Under the pieces are notes generated by a model. That model did no database searches, was not told the DNA's origin, and saw only the letters and a list, made by a program, of their open reading frames with translations. A stretch of DNA of 64,000 bases from Candidatus Micrarchaeota archaeon (lineage in GTDB: Archaea > Micrarchaeota > Micrarchaeia > Micrarchaeales > CABMGC01), in assembly GCA_027334165.1 (NCBI GenBank), contig DAHWXM010000015.1, positions 13,832 through 77,831 of the forward strand, given 5' to 3'. A program made the translations under genes and the position numbers. This document shows, one piece after another, positions 37,895 to 47,534 of the stretch (position 1 is the first letter of the stretch; the number at the start of each line of letters is the position of its first letter).

Positions 37895-38770
37895 ATGCAA
37901 AAAACGGTATCGCCTTCGTTCCGTAATAACCAGACATTGGTATCAACAGGCACCAAGGCCGGGTGGCTTGAGGCAAGGGAACAGACCGCAGTAAAGGGCG
38001 GCTTGCCATCTCTCCGGCTCCTCGAGTTCTCACTGTTGAATCTTGTGCTGGGCAGCAAGAATTGGCGCGAACAGGAACGCAGGGTGCTTTCGAAGGCCCT
38101 ATATCCTGCGTGGTCTGGAGAAGTGCTGGTATACGCTGCAAGGGACAGGCAACTGGAAAAGGGCGCGGATGTAGTAGACGGTTCGGCCGATAGGCCGTGG
38201 GTGTTGCCGTACTCCTCAATACCGCAGGATGCGATCGGCAAGAAAGGAATAGCAATACTTGTGAAGCCTCAGCACGTGGAAGTGACAGAAAACCGTGTAA
38301 TAGTGGTGGCCGATCCCGAAACCGCAATGGTTGTTACCAGTTTCCCGCAGCGTTCCGGCCAATTTGGTGACATAGACTGGACAACCGGAATAATCTCGTT
38401 CAGTCAGAAGCGTGGACACAGGAGGCTTGCACAGCAACCGAATCCTATGGCACAGCTCTTGCGGGTAGAAGGGCCTGGAGTGAAGCCGATAATAGTTGGT
38501 GTTAGTGATGGAGCAATACAGCTTGACGCGCGCGCCTGGCAGGCAGGGGAATACGGAGTTGGATACGCAGTTCCCGCAGTCAACACCGCACTCCACGGTG
38601 AGATCCTCACAGAGAAAGTCACAGCTGATGAGCTTCGTGAACTCGCCCGCCGCGCGGAGGACTCGCTCCTTTCGATAGCGCAGGTCGCCCCGGATGCCGA
38701 CCTGCGTGATATGTACGCACTAGTCGAGACCATACGGCGCGGCAAGAATCTTCCGGTACCTGATTTCTGA
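37895..38770 (+). CDS. Hypothetical soluble protein (orphan)
   Basis: 291-aa ORF, the longest in a region with several overlapping antisense ORFs. No motif recognised. Confidence 0.5.
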   Translation: MQKTVSPSFRNNQTLVSTGTKAGWLEAREQTAVKGGLPSLRLLEFSLLNLVLGSKNWREQERRVLSKALYPAWSGEVLVYAARDRQLEKGADVVDGSADRPWVLPYSSIPQDAIGKKGIAILVKPQHVEVTENRVIVVADPETAMVVTSFPQRSGQFGDIDWTTGIISFSQKRGHRRLAQQPNPMAQLLRVEGPGVKPIIVGVSDGAIQLDARAWQAGEYGVGYAVPAVNTALHGEILTEKVTADELRELARRAEDSLLSIAQVAPDADLRDMYALVETIRRGKNLPVPDF

Positions 38771-38868
38771 GCACGGCATAAGATTTATATCCGCGATGCG
38801 AATAACATAACGTTTCAAGTCCTTATTTGCCAAAACATGGAAGTGTAGCAAAGCTGCAAGGTTGTACA

Positions 38869-40152
38869 ATGGATTTCAAGTTCAGAGCACTCCTATTCTC
38901 GTCTATCGGTCATTTCTCCAATGACGGCAACTTTCTCCTGTTCCCTGTACTACTTGCGTACTTTGCTTCGTTCCCTGGGGCCAACATCGCTGTACTTGGT
39001 TCTATCGCCGTCATAACCAACGTGCTTTCTGGAGTGCTGAGCACTCCTATAGGCGTATACGCCGACAGAGTGGACTCTGACTCAAAGCTCATGTCGCTCG
39101 GCATCGCAGTAAACGCGTTTGCCGTGCCGGTATTTGCCTTCGCATTCATATATCCCTCACAGCTGTACCTGTTCGCAATAGCCGGATCGATCGTGCTAGG
39201 GATAGGACAGTCCTTCTACCATCCTATCGGGGCTTCGATAATATCCTACGCATACGGGAGGAAGAAGGCGCCCGTCATGATGGGGATAAATGGCTCTATG
39301 GGCAGCATAGGGCGCTCTGCGATACCTGCACTGCTGGTTGCACTAATGGGACTGTTCGGAGCTCTTAACGGACTCGCGCTCATAACGCTGTACCTGTTCG
39401 CCGCTGCCGCCGCCATATATCTGGGATTGCACGACTTCAGAAGGGATGGTTCCGCCCCCGCTTCTATCAAGCGCGTACGGACGCAGAAGAAGACACACCT
39501 CAAAGATTATAGGAAATTCCTGGTGGCGCTGGCCGTCATAGTGTTCATTCGTTCGATGTTCCTCTCAGGCACAGTCACTTACACCCCGACATACATGGAC
39601 CTGTTGTACAATTCTAAGGCAATAATGGGGCTGATACTGACAATAAGCTTCTCAACCGCCGTAATAGGGCAGCTCATCTTCGGATTGATGACTGCAAAAA
39701 GGGGCGGCAGATACACCACGATGTTCACCACCGTTTTCGCCGCGTTGTCCTTTGCTCTTTTCATGCTGTCAAATCAGAATGCCGTCCTAGGTCTCGTCAC
39801 ATACAGTACCTTCGTGTTTTTCGTATTCAGTGGCTTCCCTATCCTTCTGGGCTATATCGGTCAGATGGTCCCGCGAGAACATTCCACTACATCAAACGCG
39901 CTTGTGTGGGGCATAGGAAACACGTTGGGCGGCGCCGCGGGCATCGGCCTGATGAGCATGATGCTCCTATACACCAGCATGGGCACTGCGATGTGGCTCA
40001 TGTTCCTGTTCGCCCTTGCGTCAGTAGCCCTGCTTCCTCTCCTCCCCGTTCAGCGCGGAAAGCCTGGCAGGCACATCACCATCCCTTACCTGTTCGAAGC
40101 CGTAACGCGCAACGTACTGCCTTCAAGAAGGCATTACCCACAGATACACTGA
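38869..40152 (+). CDS. MFS transporter
   Basis: 12-TM pattern with N-terminus MDFKFRALLFSSIGHFSNDGNFLLFPVLLAYF. Confidence 0.7.
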   Translation: MDFKFRALLFSSIGHFSNDGNFLLFPVLLAYFASFPGANIAVLGSIAVITNVLSGVLSTPIGVYADRVDSDSKLMSLGIAVNAFAVPVFAFAFIYPSQLYLFAIAGSIVLGIGQSFYHPIGASIISYAYGRKKAPVMMGINGSMGSIGRSAIPALLVALMGLFGALNGLALITLYLFAAAAAIYLGLHDFRRDGSAPASIKRVRTQKKTHLKDYRKFLVALAVIVFIRSMFLSGTVTYTPTYMDLLYNSKAIMGLILTISFSTAVIGQLIFGLMTAKRGGRYTTMFTTVFAALSFALFMLSNQNAVLGLVTYSTFVFFVFSGFPILLGYIGQMVPREHSTTSNALVWGIGNTLGGAAGIGLMSMMLLYTSMGTAMWLMFLFALASVALLPLLPVQRGKPGRHITIPYLFEAVTRNVLPSRRHYPQIH

Positions 40153-40203
40153 AATGCACGCTGCATTTATTACTTCCAAGCGGAATGTTTCCTTGCTGAT
40201 GTC

Positions 40204-40773
40204 ATGCCCAGGGATATAGTGCGGTGCAGTTGGTCTTCCAACGACCCGCTGTACATAAAGTATCATGATCGGGAGTGGGGCGTTCCGCTGCACGACGACC
40301 GCAAGCTGTTTGAATTTCTAGTTCTGGAGGGCATGCAGGCAGGACTCAGCTGGCTTACTGTGCTTAAGAAACGCGGAAATTTCAGGAAGGCCTTCTCAAA
40401 CTTCTATCCAAAGAAAGTGTCCGGATACGGCGAAGACAAGGTTTTGGAATTGATGAAGGATGCCGGCATAATCCGAAACAGGGCCAAGATACTGGCAACA
40501 ATCGGAAACGCCCGCGCGTTTCTGTCCGTGTGCGACGAATTCGGCAGCTTTGACTCGTACGTTTGGCAATTCGTTGGCGGCAAGCCGATAAGGAACAAGT
40601 GGAAGTATACCAGCGAGCTTCCCACGCGCACTGCCGAATCTGATGAAATGAGCCGTGATATGATCTCTAGGGGGTTCAGGTTCGTAGGATCTACAATATG
40701 CTATGCACACATGCAGGCCACAGGCATGGTAAACGATCACGTGCTCTCATGCTTCAGGTATCGCCAGGTATGA
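40204..40773 (+). CDS. tag: DNA-3-methyladenine glycosylase I
   Basis: RCSWSSNDPLYIKYHDREWGVPLHDDRKLFEFLVLEGMQAGLSWLTVLKKR...FVGSTICYAHMQATGMVNDH is nearly colinear with E. coli Tag. Confidence 0.9.
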   Translation: MPRDIVRCSWSSNDPLYIKYHDREWGVPLHDDRKLFEFLVLEGMQAGLSWLTVLKKRGNFRKAFSNFYPKKVSGYGEDKVLELMKDAGIIRNRAKILATIGNARAFLSVCDEFGSFDSYVWQFVGGKPIRNKWKYTSELPTRTAESDEMSRDMISRGFRFVGSTICYAHMQATGMVNDHVLSCFRYRQV

Positions 40774-40841
40774 CACTCGCACAAAACGTATAAAACATCT
40801 GATACACATAACGAAATCACGCCGCTCCGGCGCGGCGGGTA

Positions 40842-41603
40842 ATGGTGAATGCGATGGAAAATCTTGGCGCAAAGCTAGTGGACCTGGAACTTGAAGGAAA
40901 GACTCTATATGCCGATGGGAAGAGCGTTGGCTGCGACGTGCGCATTGTATCACAGATGCGCGATGTCCTTGTGGATCCATCGATTGCAGACAGCGCTGGC
41001 TCCGCTGAGGCATATTTCATGTATCGTGGCGCAGGGGTGCATAAAAACGAACCACTGTTCAGGAAGCACACGATGCGCTATGACGTAACTGTTATTTCCG
41101 GAGCGCGTCTCGGACGCGAGTCTAACAAGACTCTCGGGCACTATCATCCGATTGCAACCGAAGGGCTGTCTTATCCGGAATTGTACGAGATTATACGCGG
41201 AAAGGCACTGATGCTCGCACAGCGGATTCTTCCTGACGGCGGCTTCGATGTCACGCTGACAGAGGCGCTGGCCGGAGACAGGGTTCTGGTCCCTCCTAAT
41301 TACGGCCACATAACAATAAACCCCACCACAGAGCCCCTCGTAATGGCCAACCTGGTAAACAGCGATTTCAAGTCCGATTATGCACCAATAGCCGCAAAGC
41401 GCGGCGGCGCGGTGTACGCCATGGCTGACGGTTCACTCCTGTTGAACGATGCGTATCGAAAGGTCTGCATAACACGAAACGACCGACCAGCAAGGATGCC
41501 TTTCCTGGATAAGTATGCCAGCATATACGATGCCTTCGTGGAGGTGCCAGATAGGTTCGAATTCCTTAACGACCCCCGCCTTGTCGGTAAAGCCCACGAA
41601 TGA
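40842..41603 (+). CDS. pgiA: Cupin-type glucose-6-phosphate isomerase (archaeal cPGI family)
   Basis: TLGHYHP...PELYEIIRGKALML...VPPNYGHITINPTTEPLVMANL...DYAPIAAKRGGAVY matches the cupin PGI metal-binding pattern. Confidence 0.65.
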   Translation: MVNAMENLGAKLVDLELEGKTLYADGKSVGCDVRIVSQMRDVLVDPSIADSAGSAEAYFMYRGAGVHKNEPLFRKHTMRYDVTVISGARLGRESNKTLGHYHPIATEGLSYPELYEIIRGKALMLAQRILPDGGFDVTLTEALAGDRVLVPPNYGHITINPTTEPLVMANLVNSDFKSDYAPIAAKRGGAVYAMADGSLLLNDAYRKVCITRNDRPARMPFLDKYASIYDAFVEVPDRFEFLNDPRLVGKAHE

Positions 41604-41669
41604 CGATGCAAAAGCAAAGACTATATAATAAGATTCGCACACATAATTCATCTATCCGGAGTGATGTAA

Positions 41670-42794
41670 ATGGCCGATGATTTCAGCGTAACGCCGTATG
41701 ACGTTGCAGGTACCGTTGACTATGACCGTCTCGTAGAGAAGTTCGGCATAACTCCAATAGACGCGCAGCTAGAAAGCAGGATAAAGCGCATAGCTGGCGA
41801 AGTGCACCCACTCATACGCAGGAAGATATTTTTTGCGCACAGGGACCTCAACTGGCTCCTCGACCAGTATGAGAAGGGCAACAAATTCTACATATACACC
41901 GGCATAGCCCCTTCAGGAGGAATGACAATAGGCCATCTCGTGCCGTTCATGATGACACAGTGGCTCCAGGAGAAGTTCGGCGCAGAAGTCTACATTCAGA
42001 TCCCCGACGAAGAGAAATTTCTTACGAAGAGAGACCCAAAGCTGACACTGGAAAGGATCCACGAATTGGCCTACGCCGATGCGCTTAACATAATGGCGCT
42101 CGGATTCGATCCGAATAAGACAAAGATCTTCTTCAATACCGACTATGCCGGAAAACTGTACCGACAAGCGGTGCGCGTTTCAAAGCATATCACCTTCTCC
42201 ATAGTGAAGGATGCATTCGGATTCACGAACGAGACAAACGTCGGTGCACTGTTCTACACCAGCATGCAGGCTGTGCCAGCATTCATGCGCTCGGTAGAAT
42301 TAGGAAAGAATGTACCGTGCCTTATTCCTCTTGCCGTAGATCAGGACGTGCACTTCAGAGTGGCAAGGAATGCGATAGAGAAGCTCGGCTACTACAAACC
42401 CGCCATAATGCACGCGAAGTTTCTTCCCGGCCTTAAGGGCGGCGCAAAGATGTCCGCAAGCGACCCTAATAACACCGTTTACTTGGACGATCAGCCGGAA
42501 GTCATAAGCAGGAAGATAAACAAGGCGATAACTGGCCAGCAGGCAACTGCCGAACTCCAGAAAAAATTTGGCGGAGATCCTGATAGGTGCTCCGTCTGTC
42601 AGTACTACAAGTACCTGTTCGAACCTGACGACGAAAAGCTGGAGGCGATTTTCAACGCGGAGCGTGAGGGCACGATGCTCGCAGGGGAACACAAGGCCGC
42701 GCTTGCCAAGCGCATCAATTCTTTCCTAGAGGAACATCGAAAGAAAAAGGAAGCGGTACGTCCGCACCTCGAGGACTACATTCTGCGCGAGTGA
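41670..42794 (+). CDS. trpS: Tryptophanyl-tRNA synthetase (archaeal/eukaryal type)
   Basis: YTGIAPSGGMTIGHLVPF (HIGH-like), IQIPDEEKFL and KMSASDPNN (KMSKS-like). Confidence 0.9.
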   Translation: MADDFSVTPYDVAGTVDYDRLVEKFGITPIDAQLESRIKRIAGEVHPLIRRKIFFAHRDLNWLLDQYEKGNKFYIYTGIAPSGGMTIGHLVPFMMTQWLQEKFGAEVYIQIPDEEKFLTKRDPKLTLERIHELAYADALNIMALGFDPNKTKIFFNTDYAGKLYRQAVRVSKHITFSIVKDAFGFTNETNVGALFYTSMQAVPAFMRSVELGKNVPCLIPLAVDQDVHFRVARNAIEKLGYYKPAIMHAKFLPGLKGGAKMSASDPNNTVYLDDQPEVISRKINKAITGQQATAELQKKFGGDPDRCSVCQYYKYLFEPDDEKLEAIFNAEREGTMLAGEHKAALAKRINSFLEEHRKKKEAVRPHLEDYILRE

Positions 42795-43124
42795 TCAGAA
42801 TATTTCTCCTACTACCGCTGTCACTCCCCCCTTCAACGAGTAAGAATCTACGCCATACCGTTGCTTCATCATACGTGCAACAACCGCGGAGGTGTTGCCA
42901 TGGTAGCAGACCATTATCGCGCCTCTGCGTTTTGCAGCCTCCTCCCGCGAGCCAACGAGGTCATTTGGATTCACCCCGACAATCTCACCGTTCTTGAGGT
43001 CCAGGAGCCCAGCAATGTAGTCCGCTGGCTCGCTACCAAGCCATATCAGCTTTACGTTGTTCTTTCTCACGATATCCAATGCCTCATCCAATCCTACTTC
43101 TAGCACGCCGTTTTTCTCTTCCAT
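42795..43124 (-). CDS. Rhodanese-like domain protein
   Basis: Active-site loop IMVCYHGNTSAVVARMM followed by YSLKGG; 109 aa. Confidence 0.65.
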   Translation of the reverse strand: MEEKNGVLEVGLDEALDIVRKNNVKLIWLGSEPADYIAGLLDLKNGEIVGVNPNDLVGSREEAAKRRGAIMVCYHGNTSAVVARMMKQRYGVDSYSLKGGVTAVVGEIF

Positions 43125-43199
43125 AAGAATACGCGAATGTATCTCTCCGACGTCATATATAAACGTTACGCCGAAAAGCGCGCGAATCCGATCTACGCG

Positions 43200-43841
43200 T
43201 CATTCTCCATCGACCAGCACGATGCCATAGCTCATGATGTCTGGCAGGTTTGCTACGAAGACGATGTGCCTCTCAAGTGCGCCAACCCCGACAACTATTG
43301 GGCCGACCCTCCTCTTTCCGTTTCCTGCGAGGAAATAATACCCGTTTCCCCCTGGCAAACTGGTTGTCCAACCATCCCTATCCGGCAGCGGCCCTATCGG
43401 CTTTACCTGTACCGGATTTGGCGAGAAAACGAGTTTCCTCCCGCCGGTGTGAAAATCACCGACAGCGGCGTCGAAGTACAGCCCTCCGCCGTGTCCTATC
43501 ACTTCCAATGGTATAGACCGTCCGTCCAGAATCGGAATGCCGCCAAAGGGCAACCTGTAGCTGTCTCTGCCGTCCTGCACGCTGACTCCTTGAACAAAGG
43601 TCTCTCCTTCATCAAGAGCACACACCACCGTGCGCGTTATGTAGAATGCGGCTGTCCTAGAAATAGCGTCATCGATGTCTCTGCGCATGTGCAAAAGGTT
43701 CGATATGCCTTCGAGCGTAGGTAGTGTCCTGCCCTCCTTCTCTGCCACCCTGAACGCATCCACGAAAGGTAGTGTCCTGCCGTACAACAGGTGACGTCCA
43801 TCCAGACGCGTTATCTTGGCCATCGAATCACATCGGATCAT
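43200..43841 (-). CDS. Hypothetical protein (orphan; strand choice tentative)
   Basis: The 213-aa minus-strand ORF has a protein-like composition and is co-oriented with its neighbours. The overlapping 195-aa plus-strand ORF is Cys/Trp/Arg/Pro-rich, as antisense noise usually is. Confidence 0.5.
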   Translation of the reverse strand: MIRCDSMAKITRLDGRHLLYGRTLPFVDAFRVAEKEGRTLPTLEGISNLLHMRRDIDDAISRTAAFYITRTVVCALDEGETFVQGVSVQDGRDSYRLPFGGIPILDGRSIPLEVIGHGGGLYFDAAVGDFHTGGRKLVFSPNPVQVKPIGPLPDRDGWTTSLPGGNGYYFLAGNGKRRVGPIVVGVGALERHIVFVANLPDIMSYGIVLVDGE

Positions 43842-43880
43842 GGCGATACTACCAGATAAATGTATGCCGCAAATGACAAT

Positions 43881-45107
43881 TCAGGGTTTCTTGTCCGCTG
43901 CCTCCGATTCCCTGAACAACCCCTTCTCAACTGTGTTCTTTATCTTTTCAGGAGGGTACGAGAGCTTTATCAGTTTCGTGTGGCCACGTATCCCCTTGCC
44001 CGATTCGTATGTCTGTATGAGACCCTGCATTTCGAGATCCGATATGTACTTTCTATACCATCTCGAGCTCTTCGCTTCCCTGTGCAGGGATTCGGTTATT
44101 CCGACATACTTGCTATAAACCTCACCGCTGAATATGTATGTGTCACTGCCTTCCGTAAGCTTCTTGTACCTGCTACCTTGCAGAGACAGTAGGGCTATCG
44201 CATATATTATTATCTTCTGGTGCTCCGGCAGGGTGTTTACAAGTTCGTAGGCGATCTCCTCCTCGGCGTCATGCGATGCCTTGCGGACGAAGTCTGCATT
44301 TACCCTATCAGTTCCTGACTCTTCGGCGAGTTCCCCTGCGCGTGAAAGTATCTTGAGCGCAAGCCTTGCATCTCCACTCTCACTCGCGGCAAGCGCCGCC
44401 GCCAGGTTTATTGCCGAGGGTTCTACGACGTCCTTCCTGAAGCCCTTCTCAGCACGTTCATTCAATATCATGGCAAGCTCTGTGGAGTTGTATGGCGGGA
44501 ACACGAGTTCCTTTTCATAAAGCGTCGACCTGCTTCTAGGATCCAGGTCGTCCTTGAATGAGACCCTGTTGGATATGCCTATTATTGCTATGCCTCCTGA
44601 TTTGATGTCACTGTTAGCGCGAGTGAGCGTGTACACGAGGTCATCGAGGTCTTTGACTATGTCTATCTCGTCAAGCACAACTATCAGTATCTTTCCATCC
44701 TCGTCTATCCAGTTTATTATTCTTTCATATATGTCTATGATGCCGTAGCCACGCTTTGCGTAGAGCGGCATGTGGTCGCTCACGATCTTGTTGAGCACCC
44801 TGTATCTCGAATTGTAGATCTTGCAGTTTACGTAAGAGATCTTTGCACGTATCATAGGCAGTTCATTGATCTTGGATATGACGTGCTTTATGCATGATGT
44901 CTTTCCTGTGCCTGTCTTTCCGTAGATGAATAGGTTTCGGCCGCGCTCCCCCCGCAGGGTGGGTGTTAGAGCCTTCACTATCTCATTTATCTGGTTGTCC
45001 CTGAAGAGAAGATGCTGAGGTATGTAATGCGGGGATAATATGCTGCGCTCTGCGAAGACCTTGGATTCCTTGAATATGCCAGCAAACGGTTCATCCATGC
45101 CATTCAC
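43881..45107 (-). CDS. cdc6: Orc1/Cdc6 replication initiator
   Basis: Walker A FIYGKTGTGKTS, Walker B IVVLDEIDIV, and a C-terminal winged-helix region. The start overlaps the upstream gene's stop by 4 nt. Confidence 0.9.
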   Translation of the reverse strand: MNGMDEPFAGIFKESKVFAERSILSPHYIPQHLLFRDNQINEIVKALTPTLRGERGRNLFIYGKTGTGKTSCIKHVISKINELPMIRAKISYVNCKIYNSRYRVLNKIVSDHMPLYAKRGYGIIDIYERIINWIDEDGKILIVVLDEIDIVKDLDDLVYTLTRANSDIKSGGIAIIGISNRVSFKDDLDPRSRSTLYEKELVFPPYNSTELAMILNERAEKGFRKDVVEPSAINLAAALAASESGDARLALKILSRAGELAEESGTDRVNADFVRKASHDAEEEIAYELVNTLPEHQKIIIYAIALLSLQGSRYKKLTEGSDTYIFSGEVYSKYVGITESLHREAKSSRWYRKYISDLEMQGLIQTYESGKGIRGHTKLIKLSYPPEKIKNTVEKGLFRESEAADKKP

Positions 45108-45907
45108 CTGCCCTCAATGATTCTGCTCGCTATGCCCTTGAAAAGTTCCATAATTCCGGAATCCGTGTCTACGGGTACCGATCCGGCATCGCTGAGCGCG
45201 CCGTATCTCGCGTCTCTAGGTATGCTGCCTAATACTGGACATTCCAGCGCCTCTGCGACCTCCTTCCCTCCAGCGATGTTCCCTTCGGACATGTTCTCCA
45301 CGACACCGAGTATCGATACGCCGAGGCGCCTGGCCATCCTCCCTGAACGTATTGCATTAACCGCCGCTATATGTTGCGGTGTCGTTACAAGCACAAATCC
45401 ATCCATCTGCAGCAGTTGCATTATGGACAGCGGCGCGTCGGAAGTCCCGGGGCCGAGATCCACTATTAGGTAATCAAGTGCACCCCATTCCGTCTCCTCG
45501 AAGAATTCCGATACCATCTTCCCGATTATCGGCCCTCTCCACATAATCGGCTTCTTCTGGTCATCCAGGAAGAGTGCCGTAGACACCACCCTTACCCCAT
45601 CCTTGGCTACTGGCACAAGCGGATACTTTGCCTCAACCGAACCTTCTATTCCGAGAAAGAGGTTGACATTAGGGGTGTCTACATCCGCATCAAGCAGTCC
45701 CACGCTATAGCCCATCGCCCTGAGCGCATAGGCGAGATTCACTGCCACGGTGGTCTTTCCAACGCCCCCCTTTGCGCTATAAATACATATCTTGTGCTTT
45801 ATTCCTGCAAGCCTCTCGGTAATCCTCTTCTTCTGCTCTAAGATTCTCAGGAATGATGGATGCATAACCTGTTGCGCGTTTCCATCTCCATGCTCTTCGC
45901 CGACCAT
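45104..45907 (-). CDS. Mrp/NBP35/ApbC-family Fe-S cluster carrier ATPase
   Basis: Deviant Walker A IYSAKGGVGKTTVAVNLAYAL, then DADVDTPN and IVDLGPGTSD. Start set at MVGEEHG. Confidence 0.85.
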   Translation of the reverse strand: MVGEEHGDGNAQQVMHPSFLRILEQKKRITERLAGIKHKICIYSAKGGVGKTTVAVNLAYALRAMGYSVGLLDADVDTPNVNLFLGIEGSVEAKYPLVPVAKDGVRVVSTALFLDDQKKPIMWRGPIIGKMVSEFFEETEWGALDYLIVDLGPGTSDAPLSIMQLLQMDGFVLVTTPQHIAAVNAIRSGRMARRLGVSILGVVENMSEGNIAGGKEVAEALECPVLGSIPRDARYGALSDAGSVPVDTDSGIMELFKGIASRIIEGR

Positions 45908-45984
45908 GTCATCCAACCTAGCGCCGCACCAGAAATTCCGCACACGGCCTCTGCGGCAAACAGCAGTAGCAAGACCTACCTACT

Positions 45985-46128
45985 GTATTTTAATCCATAT
46001 ATATAAATATAAGTTATATCAGATTAATGTAGTATTTGTCTAGTGGACGAAAGTATTATAACTTTTGAAGGATTATATCTTTAATAGGGCTTAATTCTTC
46101 GTTGTTATTTTCCTTAAACGGTGGCATT
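45985..46128. other. AT-rich intergenic region upstream of the mrp-orc1 operon: candidate replication origin and/or divergent promoter
   Basis: About 75% A+T by eye against about 50% background. Contains ATATATATAAATATAAG (possible unwinding element) and one ORB-like element TCTAGTGGACGAAAG (compare archaeal ORB core TCCAGTGGAAA). Confidence 0.35.
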
Positions 46129-46824
46129 ATGTATCCAAACGTACAAGCATATGACAGAGGTGTGATGTTCAATCCCGACGGAAGGCTATTCCAGGTAGAG
46201 TATGCCAAGGAAGCCGTGCGGAAGGGCGCAACATCCATCGGCATGATAGCAGAGAACTCGGTGGTGTTTGTCGCCCACAAGAACGTGGTCGAACCGCTGG
46301 CCGTTCCCGCTACCATACAAAAGGTATTCAGAATAGATGCACACATCGGCGCTACGTACAGCGGAATGGTTGCCGATGGCCTTCACATAATAGACATGGC
46401 AAGGTCATCAACGCAGAACCACCGGCTCATATACGACGATGTAAAGTCAGTGGAATCCCTCTCAAAGGGCATATCTTCATACATGATGCAGGCTACCCAG
46501 TACGGCGGCATGAGGCCATACGCCGTGTCGATGCTCGTTGGGGGTATAGACACCGAACCGAGGCTATTCGAGATAGAGCCCGGAGCCTCGTTCCTCGGAT
46601 ACATGGCAGATGCCATAGGCGTGGGCAAGAAGGTCGCCACAGAGATTCTCATAAAGGAATACAAGAAGAACATAGGCCTTGAGGATGCGATAGCCCTCGG
46701 AGTCAAGATACTTAAAAAGGTAAGCGAAGACAAGCTTTCAGAGGCAAACCTCGATATAGGTTATGTTGTTGATTCAGAAGAATTCATGCTACTTCCTCCA
46801 GAAAAGCTTTCTGGCTACCTGTGA
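46129..46824 (+). CDS. psmA: Proteasome subunit alpha
   Basis: MYPNVQAYDRGVMFNPDGRLFQVEYAKEAVRKGATSIG is the canonical alpha-subunit N-terminus. Confidence 0.95.
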   Translation: MYPNVQAYDRGVMFNPDGRLFQVEYAKEAVRKGATSIGMIAENSVVFVAHKNVVEPLAVPATIQKVFRIDAHIGATYSGMVADGLHIIDMARSSTQNHRLIYDDVKSVESLSKGISSYMMQATQYGGMRPYAVSMLVGGIDTEPRLFEIEPGASFLGYMADAIGVGKKVATEILIKEYKKNIGLEDAIALGVKILKKVSEDKLSEANLDIGYVVDSEEFMLLPPEKLSGYL

Positions 46825-46837
46825 ACCAGTGAGGACA

Positions 46838-47521
46838 ATGTCCAAGACGGTTGTTGCCAAATACACATTGAACGGGAACAGATTCGAGCTTCTTGTTGAT
46901 GCCGACGAAGCTTACGAGTACATAACCGGCAAGAAGACGAATGTTATGGCGGTCCTGCAGGCAGAAGAGATATTCGAGGATGCCAACAAGGGCAAGAGGC
47001 AATCCCAGGACAAGATAAAGAAAGCGTTCAACACGGAGGACATAGTAAAGATAGCGGAGGTCATACTAAAGCACGGCGATGTGCCGATCACGACGGAACA
47101 GAGGGCAAAACTGACGGAAGAGAAACGGAAGCAGATAGTGGCCCTTATAGCACGGAACTCGATAGATCCTCGCACTGGCGCCCCGCACCCGGAACAGCGA
47201 ATAGAGAACGCGATGCACGAGGCGCGGGTTTCAATAGAGCCGTTCAAGAGCGTGAGTGAACAGACCGACGCAGTGCTAAAGAAGATAAATGTCATACTTC
47301 CAATAAAGTTTGCAACCGCCAAGCTCGAGGTCATAATACCTCCGGAGTTCTCGAACAGGTGTTATGGGCTCCTGAAGCAGTACGGCCTTAAGTCAGAAGA
47401 GTGGCAGTCCGATGGCTCACTCAAAGCGCGTGTCGAATTTCCCGCAGGGCTCAAGCTCGAGTTCTTCGACAAGCTCAACGGGCTTACAAAGGGCAACGCG
47501 GTGACAAAGGAACTTGAATGA
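46838..47521 (+). CDS. SBDS/Sdo1-family ribosome maturation protein
   Basis: VAKYTLNGNRFELLVDADEAYEY...EIFEDANKGKRQS...KHGDVPITTEQR, in the conserved superoperon position. Confidence 0.9.
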   Translation: MSKTVVAKYTLNGNRFELLVDADEAYEYITGKKTNVMAVLQAEEIFEDANKGKRQSQDKIKKAFNTEDIVKIAEVILKHGDVPITTEQRAKLTEEKRKQIVALIARNSIDPRTGAPHPEQRIENAMHEARVSIEPFKSVSEQTDAVLKKINVILPIKFATAKLEVIIPPEFSNRCYGLLKQYGLKSEEWQSDGSLKARVEFPAGLKLEFFDKLNGLTKGNAVTKELE

Positions 47522-47534
47522 AAGGTGTAAGAGA

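Noticed and set aside
36986-37900. 304-aa minus-strand ORF overlapping the 37026..37829 membrane protein gene.
   Set aside because: The translation is rich in Arg/Ser/Ala/Pro/Met with no hydrophobic-helix or domain pattern. The plus strand gives regular TM helices.
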